From the NCBI GenBank assembly GCA_048938105.1, contig JBHLMN010000004.1, positions 32,001 through 96,000 of the forward strand: a DNA stretch of 64,000 bases, read 5' to 3'. The notes beneath the pieces were generated by a model. It searched no databases. It was not told where the DNA came from and was given only the letters and a program-made list of their open reading frames with translations. Both the position numbers and the translations under genes were made by a program. The stretch comes from Promethearchaeota archaeon. Lineage in GTDB: Archaea > Asgardarchaeota > Heimdallarchaeia > Hodarchaeales > Hodarchaeaceae. Shown piece after piece: positions 21,339 to 31,713 of this stretch (position 1 is its first letter; every line of letters begins with the position of its first letter).

Positions 21339-21526
21339 CAGAATTCCAAATCAATTTTTCATTTATTTATTCTTACGGAGCCCAATGAAATTTAAAGATG
21401 ATCATTTTTTCAGTATATTTAATCCTTAGATTTAGAATAAATAAGTAATAGGGATTTAAAAAGCAATAACAAATTCGTATTGATATAAAGGATAAAAATT
21501 TAAGTAACAGATGTTTTAGAATAAGG

Positions 21527-22774
21527 ATGAGGGATTATAAATTCTTGAATTTTCGGAGATTATTTGTTTATTGGGTAATCTTTTGTATTATTATCACATT
21601 TAGCTATATATTTCTACAGATGCTTCATTTCATAAATTTCTGGGATAACATTGGAATCTCACCAGCTCCAGACCAAATTGAGCCATTTTCTTCATTAGGA
21701 CTCTTGTTTTTCGAAATTATATTTGTGATTGGATGGAGTGTAACAACTGGTGTGTTTATTTGGAAAATGACATCACGTTTTTTCTCTTCAACACAACCAC
21801 AAATTAGATTTTTCCAAGAAGTAGCTCACTCATGGATTACTCTTTCTGGATTTGAAGGCTCATTAATCATTTTTGATGAGATTTTTTCTGTTTTCGTGAA
21901 AGGCTACCTTTATCCTGTTCGTATTAATATCCCAACTCCCATTAATTTTCCAATCTTTCCTTCCTCACTCCAGCCTATCTTTAATGTCAGTTGGATTAAC
22001 ATAATCCTAGTAAGCCTTTTCTATACATTTATTGGTTTTCAAGCTCTAAGGAAAAACCTCGCTCTTGAAAATTTTCTCAGAAGAGTTGTTTTTGATATTA
22101 TTCAAGTAACAGCAATGGTAATTATGGGATTATTAGGATTATTACCTTTCATTTCCACTGAAGATATAATCTTTCTCCTTATACCGTCCTTTGGAAATTA
22201 TTATGCTGTTCTTATTTTCTGTCTTATATCGATAGAATATGTGTGGTGGACGGGAGGGAATATCGAAAAAATAAAAGAACAGTTCCAACAGGACTTTAAC
22301 ATACGGATATTTTTGTTACAAACTTCATTGCTTTTTATTCCATTCGTTACAATTATAACTTTTTTTCCTTCCCCTTTTTACCTTTTAGTGATGGATCCTA
22401 GTTTATGGGTTGCCTTACTATTAATTAGTGCAATAATATCAGTTATTGGTTTGATTCTGTATCGATTGGTTAAAATAATGGCTCCTGATCTATTCGAAAA
22501 TTTCGAACAAAGATATGAATACTTAAAATATCATTTTGATTTAGCATTCGCTCTTAGAGGTACAATGTTTAATTATCCACCACCAGTTGATATCTTATCG
22601 GGAAAAACATTAACAAAAACGATAGAGAGTAAATGGCAAAAAGTCACATTGAAGATAGCGTGCGGTCACTGTTATCATGTATTTACAACACAAACATTAA
22701 AGAATGGTTCCAAAGTTAAACCTGTTCCGTGCCCCTTCTGCGGCTCAATGGCTACAACTCCAATTTGGGAATGA
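21527..22774 (+). CDS. Polytopic membrane protein with C-terminal zinc ribbon, function unknown
   Basis: About 8 hydrophobic segments, then CGHC...CPFC at the C-terminus. Confidence 0.7.
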   Translation: MRDYKFLNFRRLFVYWVIFCIIITFSYIFLQMLHFINFWDNIGISPAPDQIEPFSSLGLLFFEIIFVIGWSVTTGVFIWKMTSRFFSSTQPQIRFFQEVAHSWITLSGFEGSLIIFDEIFSVFVKGYLYPVRINIPTPINFPIFPSSLQPIFNVSWINIILVSLFYTFIGFQALRKNLALENFLRRVVFDIIQVTAMVIMGLLGLLPFISTEDIIFLLIPSFGNYYAVLIFCLISIEYVWWTGGNIEKIKEQFQQDFNIRIFLLQTSLLFIPFVTIITFFPSPFYLLVMDPSLWVALLLISAIISVIGLILYRLVKIMAPDLFENFEQRYEYLKYHFDLAFALRGTMFNYPPPVDILSGKTLTKTIESKWQKVTLKIACGHCYHVFTTQTLKNGSKVKPVPCPFCGSMATTPIWE

Positions 22775-22925
22775 AAAATCCAGATTTTAAGAATACTGAG
22801 TCTTTTCATTAAATATTAAAGAAATTCCATTCTTTAGGACAAATTGAGTTATAAGCCCTAAAACAGGATTAATTTTTATTTATTTTAATAAAATCCCCTT
22901 TATAATCCTTGGAGATAGACTTAAT

Positions 22926-23711
22926 TTGCCTTATTTTACTCGTGATGGATATACATTATATTATCATCATGAAGGGACTGGTCAACCGATTGTGTTTATT
23001 CATGGATATTTGGGGAGCTCTAAATCCCATTGGGGGGATCAGCTAAGTGATCCTAAGCTTATTTCTCAGTATCAGCTAATTGCACCAGATTTACGTGGTT
23101 ATGCGAAATCTAGTCTCGGGAGAAAAGTAGAACAACATCACACTTTGGAACATATTCTCGATTTGCATTTCCTTCTATCTCAACTTCAGCTTAACCAGAG
23201 ACCTATTTTTGTGGGTTACAGTATTGGGGGAACCTTAGCATTGATGTATGCATTAAAATATCCAAATATGGTCCAAAGTATTGTTCTTGTGAGTTCTCGA
23301 CCATTTTTAGGGGATAAAACTCGTTCATGGAATTTTTTAGCGAAAGAAAAACGGAGTGGTAAGCAAAAAAGCTCAATCATTTCGTTTTTATGGAAAATAG
23401 TAAAAAAAATCCAAAGAATTACAACTTATATCTCAATAAAGCGGCAATATAAACGATCGAGTTCGTATCTTCTTCAGCTTGAGCATATAGATGTCCCCCT
23501 CCTAATACTCTATGGGAAAAAGGATACAGTTAACCCTTCTATTGCATATAGTGTTCTAAGAAAGCATCTTCCTCAAGCTGAAGTTGTAGAACTAGACTGT
23601 GATCATGGGATCCCCCATGAACTATCAGAAGTATTCAATAGAATTCTCTATCAATTCCTGAGACAACAAACAAAACAGTCGTCTCAAAAGCAGACTGACA
23701 GGCAGTATTAG
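22926..23711 (+). CDS. Alpha/beta hydrolase
   Basis: FIHGYLG, PDLRGY, nucleophile elbow GYSIG, G..D and DHG. Confidence 0.87.
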   Translation: MPYFTRDGYTLYYHHEGTGQPIVFIHGYLGSSKSHWGDQLSDPKLISQYQLIAPDLRGYAKSSLGRKVEQHHTLEHILDLHFLLSQLQLNQRPIFVGYSIGGTLALMYALKYPNMVQSIVLVSSRPFLGDKTRSWNFLAKEKRSGKQKSSIISFLWKIVKKIQRITTYISIKRQYKRSSSYLLQLEHIDVPLLILYGKKDTVNPSIAYSVLRKHLPQAEVVELDCDHGIPHELSEVFNRILYQFLRQQTKQSSQKQTDRQY

Positions 23712-23968
23712 GCTATCATAATTGTTTTCATTAAATTATCCAATATATCCTTATCAACTATTCCATTCTGATCTCTTTTTGCAATATAACCTGCTTTCCT
23801 GTGTGTAATTTTCGGAATATCTAGGTTATCCTTGTAGGATAAAATTCAACACTTATTGACATTATTCTTTATGAATGTTCTCTGAACAATTAGAAATTCA
23901 GTTTGAATTGGTCAAGTTAGATTTAATAAAATATTCCATTATATTTTGTAAGTGGAGTTTAATTTTAT

Positions 23969-25921
23969 ATGATTAAGTTACCTGACATAGAAATTGTTCA
24001 TGAAGCTCTCCTACAGGCTATTGAAGAAGATCCTGATCTTCAGATAAAAGCTCTGATCGCTTCCCACATTTCACAGCGAAATTCATACTCTTTGATACAA
24101 AAATTACTCGCATTGTCGAAATCATCTCATCCAGAGGTTCGTGAAATAATTGCAATCAGTCTTGAGGGGCATTTTGAAGTACTTGATGATTTATTGGATT
24201 GGTTTGAAGCTGAAGAAGATTTGTCAACGCTCAATGAGCTTTTCTTTACTATTTCTTCAACTCTCAAAGAAACTTCAGAAGATCCAGATCTTACTGGAAC
24301 AGCTATTCGTCTCAAAGAATTTATTGAACAAGGACACCATTTAAATTATAGTTTAGAACTGATTGGATATTGTAATGGACTCATTGCAGCGGAAACTCTA
24401 TTAAATGCTTCATACATTCATAGGTACAACGACACTGTTAGAGTCTCTGTTCTCAGAGGTATGTTACACCTTGCACAAAAAACTCAAAATTTCCCTGATG
24501 ATTTACAAAATTACCTAATTGGTCTTGTTGGGACTATATATGAACCTCCAGAGCTGCGAATAATTAGCTTAGAAGCATTAGGTGAGGTTAATAAGCAAGA
24601 AATAATTGATCAATTAGAAATAATCATTGAAACTGACCACAATCCAACTTTACGAAAAAAGGCTATTGATCTAATTGGTAAATGGGGAGTCATTGAATTA
24701 TCTCCATTATTAATTGAAAAATTAAAGTATGATGGAATTTCTGATGTTCGGGCGTCCGCAGCTTCTGCTCTAGGAGCGATTTCATCCTTTGATGCTCTTC
24801 CTGAACTTACTGAGGCACTAGAAATTGATGTAAGCTTTTCTGTTCGTGAAGCTTCAGCTGAAGCATTAGGTAATCTGAAGTCTCAACAAGCTTTGGCTGC
24901 CCTTCTCAAAGGATTAGAGGATCAAGATTCGTATGTCCGATCTATATCTGCTTGGTCAATTGAACAGATCCAACCAACGTCTCCAGAGTTAATTCAAAGA
25001 ATTTGCTTTGCAGCTGGATCAATTGAACAGGTGTCAAGTATCCGAAGTGGGATGGTAGCATTATTAGCTCGTATGAGTTCTATACTGGAAGCAGCCAATT
25101 GTTTATTAACAATATTCAGAAGGGATAGAACGCCTCTGCGTGAGTTAGTGATTGAGGCACTAGAAGAGTTTGTAGAAATCCTAAGAGACGATCGAAAATT
25201 TCTAGAGGATGATCTTCCCTTTATTCAGGAGACTTTAGCAACATCAAAATCGTTTTCGCTAAGAGCAGCAATATGTTCTTTCCTTGGGCATTTAAAAGAT
25301 GATACAACTTTTCCCTTTCTGCTGGATAGGTTGTTAAATGACGATGATGCCTTTGTACAGCGACAGGCGGCTTGGGCTATTTCAAATCTAAATCCAGATC
25401 ATACTCTCAAGATTCGATCGTTATTGAAAGATAAAACTCTCAATAAAATAGTTCCTCTCTTTTTAGAAATATTAACTTCTTGGGCTCAAATAGAGGATGT
25501 ACCTCTAGCAATAAGCTATCTAAAACCTGAGATGGACATTGAATGGCGTTGTAGAGCTGTTGAGCTCCTCACAGCAATCATAGACTCTCCAGATCTAGTT
25601 ACAAATAAGCAATATACTCACGAAATAATCAATATCCTAATTTCCTTACTACAAAAGGATCATGCAAACACTGTGAGAAGTGCATGTGCACATGCTTTGG
25701 GTCATTTTGAGGGTCATGATTCTTTAATTACTCCAGCGTTAATACAGGCAATCAAAACAGATCGTGTTTATACTGTGCGTGAATTAGCTGCCGAAGCCCT
25801 CGGCTATCGTGGAGGAATATCAGCTGTACCTGAGCTGATAGATCTGATTAACCACAAATTGGAAAAGGATCCTAGTATTCGCTATTTTAGCAGTCTTGCA
25901 TTACTAAATATAGAGTTTTAA
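23969..25921 (+). CDS. HEAT/PBS-lyase-like repeat protein
   Basis: Many VR..AA.ALG repeats across 650 aa. Confidence 0.87.
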   Translation: MIKLPDIEIVHEALLQAIEEDPDLQIKALIASHISQRNSYSLIQKLLALSKSSHPEVREIIAISLEGHFEVLDDLLDWFEAEEDLSTLNELFFTISSTLKETSEDPDLTGTAIRLKEFIEQGHHLNYSLELIGYCNGLIAAETLLNASYIHRYNDTVRVSVLRGMLHLAQKTQNFPDDLQNYLIGLVGTIYEPPELRIISLEALGEVNKQEIIDQLEIIIETDHNPTLRKKAIDLIGKWGVIELSPLLIEKLKYDGISDVRASAASALGAISSFDALPELTEALEIDVSFSVREASAEALGNLKSQQALAALLKGLEDQDSYVRSISAWSIEQIQPTSPELIQRICFAAGSIEQVSSIRSGMVALLARMSSILEAANCLLTIFRRDRTPLRELVIEALEEFVEILRDDRKFLEDDLPFIQETLATSKSFSLRAAICSFLGHLKDDTTFPFLLDRLLNDDDAFVQRQAAWAISNLNPDHTLKIRSLLKDKTLNKIVPLFLEILTSWAQIEDVPLAISYLKPEMDIEWRCRAVELLTAIIDSPDLVTNKQYTHEIINILISLLQKDHANTVRSACAHALGHFEGHDSLITPALIQAIKTDRVYTVRELAAEALGYRGGISAVPELIDLINHKLEKDPSIRYFSSLALLNIEF

Positions 25922-25940
25922 GCTTCTCAATGAATTGCAG

Positions 25941-26846
25941 TTAGGTAAGGACTTTTACCCCATTAGATGTTACTAAAACCGTATGTTCTGCCTGAGCTAC
26001 CAATCCCCGAGTTTTTTCTATTAGAGGGCGATAACCATGGAAATTGTCTCTGTCGAGAACTTCAGCAATATTATGTATCGGTTGATTTTTCTCCTTTAAG
26101 AAAAGTGTAGCTGAACGAAGAGAAAAAGGGATTTTGTGAAATCTCTTTACTAAAATCTTACCAATTTCTGTTTTGGGATTACCTGTTGATGAATAAATCA
26201 AGGGTGGAGATGATCCTTCCTCCACATAACCTGCTGCCCCCTGTGTACTAAAAGGTTCAATAGCTAAAATCATACCCTTTTTTAGTTTAGATCTTTGAGC
26301 AAATGGAATTGACTTTATACTAGGTATCGACAATCCAGCATGAAGATTCCCTTTCTTCAATTCATGACCAGTTAAATTAGCTATGGGTTTAAATCCATAA
26401 CCCTCGATTGTTTCTTGGATAATAGCACCTATTTCACTCACACGAAGACCAGGTTTTATGATATTAATAGCACTATCCAGTGCATCCTTTGCTGATCTTA
26501 TTAATTTGAAATGCTTCCCATCAATGGAAAAGGTTTTAGCTGTATCTGAAAGCATCCCGTTAACATTAGCTCCAAGGTCTACTTTAACGAGGGCTTTCTT
26601 GAGAATGAATCGTTTTTCTGTTGGATCTGGAGCGGCAGTATCATGAGCAGCACACTCGTTGATAGAAATATTCGGGGGAAAAGCTAAGTCTACACCTTTA
26701 GTTTTAGTAATTAATTTAACAATAGAGTCGTAAAGAGTCCCGATAGAGACACCTGGTTTCACATGTTTTCCTATTTGATCTAGTGTTAAACGAGCTATTT
26801 TCCCAGCGAGGAATAAATCATGAAGTTCCTCACGAGTCCAAGACAT
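25941..26846 (-). CDS. map: Methionine aminopeptidase type II (start moved to ATG 26846)
   Basis: AFPPNISINECAAH, KVDLG, DTAKT, NLTGH, LHAG, AIEPF, AQAEHT. The longer ORF start overlaps the MFS gene. Confidence 0.93.
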   Translation of the reverse strand: MSWTREELHDLFLAGKIARLTLDQIGKHVKPGVSIGTLYDSIVKLITKTKGVDLAFPPNISINECAAHDTAAPDPTEKRFILKKALVKVDLGANVNGMLSDTAKTFSIDGKHFKLIRSAKDALDSAINIIKPGLRVSEIGAIIQETIEGYGFKPIANLTGHELKKGNLHAGLSIPSIKSIPFAQRSKLKKGMILAIEPFSTQGAAGYVEEGSSPPLIYSSTGNPKTEIGKILVKRFHKIPFSLRSATLFLKEKNQPIHNIAEVLDRDNFHGYRPLIEKTRGLVAQAEHTVLVTSNGVKVLT

Positions 26847-26892
26847 GCTTAACCACCACTCAATTGTATAATGGGTTAATATGAATGACTGT

Positions 26893-28233
26893 TTAAATTG
26901 ACCCTGATATAGTTGGGACTTTCTCGATATCCCTTTTAAAGCCTCGCAACCATCCAACCAAGAGTAAAACCAGAATTAATATGTTTAACACCAATGTAAT
27001 TAGTAATAATGGTCTTCCCCCTTCAACCTGATAAACAAAACCAACAATGGGACTAATAAAAACACCAAGCCCAGATATAGACATTGAAAGAATAGCCATA
27101 ACTTTTCCAGTGTGTTCTCGTGGAAGTTTACGACCAACAGCTCCCCATGCAATTGTTCGCCATACCTCATCATTTCCTGCTTTAATAATAACCGCAATGA
27201 AAGCTGTACTTGAAAGAATGGCACCAATTTCTTCACCTGATAATAGATTTGTCCATTCTGGTACTGATGGTGAAAGAAATAGGAGAATAATTGAGAAAGG
27301 AAGAAACATGTATACTAGAAACATAACTCTTGCATCATTCTTAGTCCTATCAAGGAGGAATCCAGCAAAAAGCCCTCCTATTACTCCTAGAATAATTGCT
27401 CCAATCATTGTATAGTTTATGGTGCTGTAATCCATACCCACTTCCTCATTAAGAAAAAATGTCTGAACAAAACGATAATTTATATCACTCGCGATGTCTA
27501 GTAAAAATACAATGAAGAATAGTGGAATTGTAGATATAAGTACCATAACTCCTGTTCGATATTGATTAAAAAGGTCTTTAATCCCTCTAGTATGATCTTT
27601 AACTGGTTGTGCTGGTTGTGTTTTCCTTAAAAAGATCAATCGAAGAAAAAAATTTCCTATCGCGACTATAGTAAAAAGGTGCCAAAAAACCTTTAGGCCG
27701 GATACGAAATTATCTTGAATTAAGATCGCAACAATAAGCAGTCCAACAATTCCAAAAATGCCTGTCAGTGTAAATAGACTGGTTCCTGTACCCATTTGTT
27801 CTGGAGGAATGGACTCAAACAAGATAGGATCAATGCTAGCTTGACAGAATTGACTAAATCCAAAAACAGTCCAGACTAAGAGAAGTCCAATAAAATTTGT
27901 AACAAATGGAATAAGAAAGGTAGCAATAGCTAGAAAGAACATGTTAAATGTTGCCATATATTTTCGATGAGGAATATATTTATCGGCCCAATATCCCCCA
28001 AACAGAGTTGCAAAAAGACCAAGAATCATTGCCCAAGAATCCGCAAGACCAAGTTCAAAGTAAGAAATTCCTACATCCCTGAAAAAGAGGTTTAAGTAGA
28101 TCCACGCTGCTAGGAAAATAGCGCCAGAATAGTTTGTAAAGAGGATGACAAGATAATTCCTTGAACTAAAGACAATCTTAAGATTCTCCAGATAACTACT
28201 ATGAGAATCAGGTTTGGATTCCTGCATTGACAT
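26893..28233 (-). CDS. MFS transporter
   Basis: About 12 TM segments; motif-A-like GGYWADK and GFLLDR in the two halves. Confidence 0.85.
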   Translation of the reverse strand: MSMQESKPDSHSSYLENLKIVFSSRNYLVILFTNYSGAIFLAAWIYLNLFFRDVGISYFELGLADSWAMILGLFATLFGGYWADKYIPHRKYMATFNMFFLAIATFLIPFVTNFIGLLLVWTVFGFSQFCQASIDPILFESIPPEQMGTGTSLFTLTGIFGIVGLLIVAILIQDNFVSGLKVFWHLFTIVAIGNFFLRLIFLRKTQPAQPVKDHTRGIKDLFNQYRTGVMVLISTIPLFFIVFLLDIASDINYRFVQTFFLNEEVGMDYSTINYTMIGAIILGVIGGLFAGFLLDRTKNDARVMFLVYMFLPFSIILLFLSPSVPEWTNLLSGEEIGAILSSTAFIAVIIKAGNDEVWRTIAWGAVGRKLPREHTGKVMAILSMSISGLGVFISPIVGFVYQVEGGRPLLLITLVLNILILVLLLVGWLRGFKRDIEKVPTISGSI

Positions 28234-28551
28234 AATACCTTCAATTCAGTTATTGAAGTTCCAATTGGTTGCTAACTAAAACTGTTGATAATCTATAAAA
28301 AATATTTTCCTTTAGGCAATATCACCTATTAATTTTAACATTATCATTTGGTATTAGCCTTATCAAATTGGGAAAGCTAATCCTGCGCTGCTCATTTTTT
28401 GTAATTTGAGTTCCCCGAGTATATTATTGGAAATTTATTCTCTTAAAATCACTTAAACGTTAGATTATGACTTGAAATTTTCTATCCAATAAAAGATTCA
28501 TTATATGCACACCTTGAAAAAGAATGATCTCAGTTGGTTTACTGAGCTCCA

Positions 28552-29622
28552 ATGGATAATCTCTCACCGGCAGACAAGGTTCGACGAAAGCAGCAAATAA
28601 AGCACTTATTGGCTGAAATTGTTGAGAATTTGAAAGATTATTTTGATGAACTTCAATTAAAAGAGTTTGGCCAAAAATCTCGGTTCGTTGTACTTAATGA
28701 TATTCAAGCTGTACATAAAATTGGATCCAAAGGGCTACAATTAGTGACTGCCGATTTCAATAGTGAACTAGGAAGTTTAACGCTAACAATAGCTATAAAG
28801 AGCTTTGATTCACCAGATGAAGCTTTGCGAAATAAAATATTAACTAATCGTTTGTCAAAAAAATTAAAAGACACTGGGGTATTAACACCCCGTGTTATCT
28901 TCGAATATGGTTCTATATTGATTTATGAAGGAATTCAAGGTAAATCATTTTATGATTCAGAGATAAATCCCGAACTTAAGCTTTTACTGACCGGAGAGGC
29001 TCTTTCCAAATATCATTCAACTGTTTTAAAACCAATGCAAAAAGAGAGATATGTTTTCATTTTGAAAAAGACCTTCCAAGACATTGTAATGCCTAAAGAA
29101 CGTAAAGAAGCTTTCATAGACCTTGCTAGTAAGTCATTATCGAAAATACTTAGATATTCAAGTGGTACTGCCGGTACGGCTGGATTCGGAGACTTCCATC
29201 AGGGAAATGTGTTATTCTCGTTTGAGAAAGATGGTAGTGACAAAAAAAGGATCCAGGTGTGGTTAATTGATCCTGAATACGTAGAAGAAGAGCAATCTGC
29301 TGATAGAATGGAAGATATTGGCACTTTTTTCCTACATTCAGCAATTGATAATTATGATAATGATGGAAATTTATATACATTCTGGAGGGAAATTCAACCA
29401 TTCATAGAAGGATATGAAAGAAACCTTTCAGCTGTTGGGTTGTCTTTGAATGAAATATACAGGAATTACGAAGCTGCATTAGCATTTCACCTAGGATTGA
29501 ATGTGTTGCTAGAAGGTCTATTTCTGCAAAAACGTGCAAATATGGATGATGAAACAGCGTTCGATCGAATGGCAACCTGTGTTGCGTTGGCAAATTACTG
29601 TTGGAAGATTGGTTTGAAATAG
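28552..29622 (+). CDS. APH/choline-kinase-like phosphotransferase (protein-kinase-like fold)
   Basis: IAIKSF, TPRVI, GDFHQGN catalytic loop, LIDPE, EDIG. Confidence 0.7.
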   Translation: MDNLSPADKVRRKQQIKHLLAEIVENLKDYFDELQLKEFGQKSRFVVLNDIQAVHKIGSKGLQLVTADFNSELGSLTLTIAIKSFDSPDEALRNKILTNRLSKKLKDTGVLTPRVIFEYGSILIYEGIQGKSFYDSEINPELKLLLTGEALSKYHSTVLKPMQKERYVFILKKTFQDIVMPKERKEAFIDLASKSLSKILRYSSGTAGTAGFGDFHQGNVLFSFEKDGSDKKRIQVWLIDPEYVEEEQSADRMEDIGTFFLHSAIDNYDNDGNLYTFWREIQPFIEGYERNLSAVGLSLNEIYRNYEAALAFHLGLNVLLEGLFLQKRANMDDETAFDRMATCVALANYCWKIGLK

Positions 29623-30118
29623 TCTAGCTTCTAGCTATCTTAAGGTCTATTCGTGTTGAACATATATCTTTGCATCTACCTGAAATTGTAAAGAATTCTA
29701 GTTTGGATGTATGCAAGTGAATTACTTTTTTCGCTTATAAGGGAAGGTTTTCACAACCTTATCAGTCATAAAAGCTAGTCTAATCATTCTTATCAGATTA
29801 TATCGTCTTATAGAACTAGAGGATGGCGAATTATCAAATATCAACCGTCTTTAGGGTTGTAAATGAGAACACAAACGTGTTGTCTTATTATCAGAGGTGA
29901 TGATAAATCTAAAGTAATTCTACACTTATCAAGCTATTCTAGATCCCCCAAAGATATTAAAAATGCCATATAATAAAACTAAATAACATGATGATTTTTC
30001 TTAAGTATTATCAATCCAAAAATTAATTCTAAAAGAGATATAATACTTAGTTATTTGTATTTTAGATACAATAAGTCTTTCTAGGAGTACATTGTTCAGT
30101 CTATAGTGAGGTTATATA

Positions 30119-31540
30119 TTGGATATAGCAATCATCAATACTTGGTTAATGACCTTTAAGGGAAAGGGTTTGGGAATAGTACCTAATGGAGCAATAGGTA
30201 TCGAGGATGGTAAGATATCATTTCTTGGAAAATCTGATGATTTTAACCACAAACAGGCTGATAAGATCATTGATGGTGAAAATCATATCACGATGCCAGG
30301 ATTGATTAATGCACATACTCATACAGGATTAACTCTCTTAAGAGGGGGCGCTCAGGACCTACCTGAAATTGAATGGATGAATAAAGGACTTGGGCCATTA
30401 GCAAGGAATTTAAACAAAGAAGATCTCATTTTAGGTTCAAAACTAGCCGTTCTCGAAGGATTAAGATCAGGTACAACAACTTTTGCTGAATACGCTAGTT
30501 TTGTATCAACTCTTATCCATGAAGTGTATATACCCTTCAAAGTTCGTGTTGTAGGTATTGAGACCATAAATGAGGTTAGCTCAGACAGAGCTCAATTGAA
30601 GCCTACAGATCTTTATCAATTTGATCAATCTAAAGGAGAAGCAGCTCTTAAAAGAGCTAATGGTGTATTTCAAGAATTTCATGACAACGATCTCGTTAGT
30701 TCGATGTATGGACCTCAAGCTTTAGATTTCTGTTCCTTAGAACTCTTAAAAAATATCAAACAACAAGCAATTGATCGAGATTGTAAAATTCATATGCATG
30801 TAGCGCAAGGAGGACGAGAAAGACTTCAAATTTGCGGTCGTTTTGGAAAAGGTTCAACAACTGTAAGTGTACTTAAGAAGAACGGTTTACTTGATGCCAA
30901 CCTCGTTGCTGCTCACATCCACGATACCACCCCAGGTGAACGATTATTAATGGTGAAAAATGGAGTAAAAATGGTTGGGTGTCCTTCATCTATCGCAGTA
31001 ATTGATGGTATAATTCCTCCAATTAATCATTATATAGAAATTGGAGGTACAGTTGCTCTAGGGACAGATCAAGGCCCTGGGCCAGGGCATTATAACATGT
31101 TTCAAGAAATGAAAATGGCTAGTATTTTATCTAAAATTCAGGAAAAAGACCCAACAGCATTACCACCCTGGAAATCACTTCAACTAGCAACAAGAGGAGG
31201 AGCTGAAGTACTCGAGCTTGGAATTGGAAGTCTTGAAGTGGGGAAGCAAGCAGATGTCATTACTGTTGAATTAACAAATTTAAATTTAACTCCCATTGTA
31301 GATAATCCTTTCAAAAACTTCGTACCTAATATTGTATATTCCAGCACTGGCAATGAAGTGGATAATGTAATAGTAAACGGAGAAATAATCATGACTGACA
31401 AACAGATGGTTGATATCGAAGAAATATCAATAATCAAAGAGGCGAATAAACGAGCTAAAAGAGTCTTCGAGGAAGCCTCTGAAGATTGGATTGAAGCAGG
31501 TTCGAAGATGGTCTTATATCATCAAAATGGTTTTTTATAA
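30119..31540 (+). CDS. Amidohydrolase, MTA/SAH-deaminase (Atz/Trz) family
   Basis: PGLINAHTH, HMH, AAH, LGTD, GSLEVGKQAD. Confidence 0.87.
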   Translation: MDIAIINTWLMTFKGKGLGIVPNGAIGIEDGKISFLGKSDDFNHKQADKIIDGENHITMPGLINAHTHTGLTLLRGGAQDLPEIEWMNKGLGPLARNLNKEDLILGSKLAVLEGLRSGTTTFAEYASFVSTLIHEVYIPFKVRVVGIETINEVSSDRAQLKPTDLYQFDQSKGEAALKRANGVFQEFHDNDLVSSMYGPQALDFCSLELLKNIKQQAIDRDCKIHMHVAQGGRERLQICGRFGKGSTTVSVLKKNGLLDANLVAAHIHDTTPGERLLMVKNGVKMVGCPSSIAVIDGIIPPINHYIEIGGTVALGTDQGPGPGHYNMFQEMKMASILSKIQEKDPTALPPWKSLQLATRGGAEVLELGIGSLEVGKQADVITVELTNLNLTPIVDNPFKNFVPNIVYSSTGNEVDNVIVNGEIIMTDKQMVDIEEISIIKEANKRAKRVFEEASEDWIEAGSKMVLYHQNGFL

Positions 31541-31572
31541 ACATATCAAAAAGATATAGAAAGATTTTTGAA

Positions 31573-31628
31573 CTTTTCTGAAAAGATTCATTGGTTTTAT
31601 TGATAAATCGGTGAAAATTTCTGAAAAT
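31573..31628. promoter_or_regulatory. Possible tandem operator upstream of the acyl-CoA ligase
   Basis: CTTTTC-T-GAAAAG palindrome at 31573-31585 and a second TTTC-T-GAAA at 31618-31626. Confidence 0.25.
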
Positions 31629-31713
31629 GTCTTCTTTGTTTAAGAAGGTAATATTTTTTAGAGAATAAAAGATAAATTTGGTTCTAAGGTTAAAAAAAAT
31701 TACTGGTGAGAAT

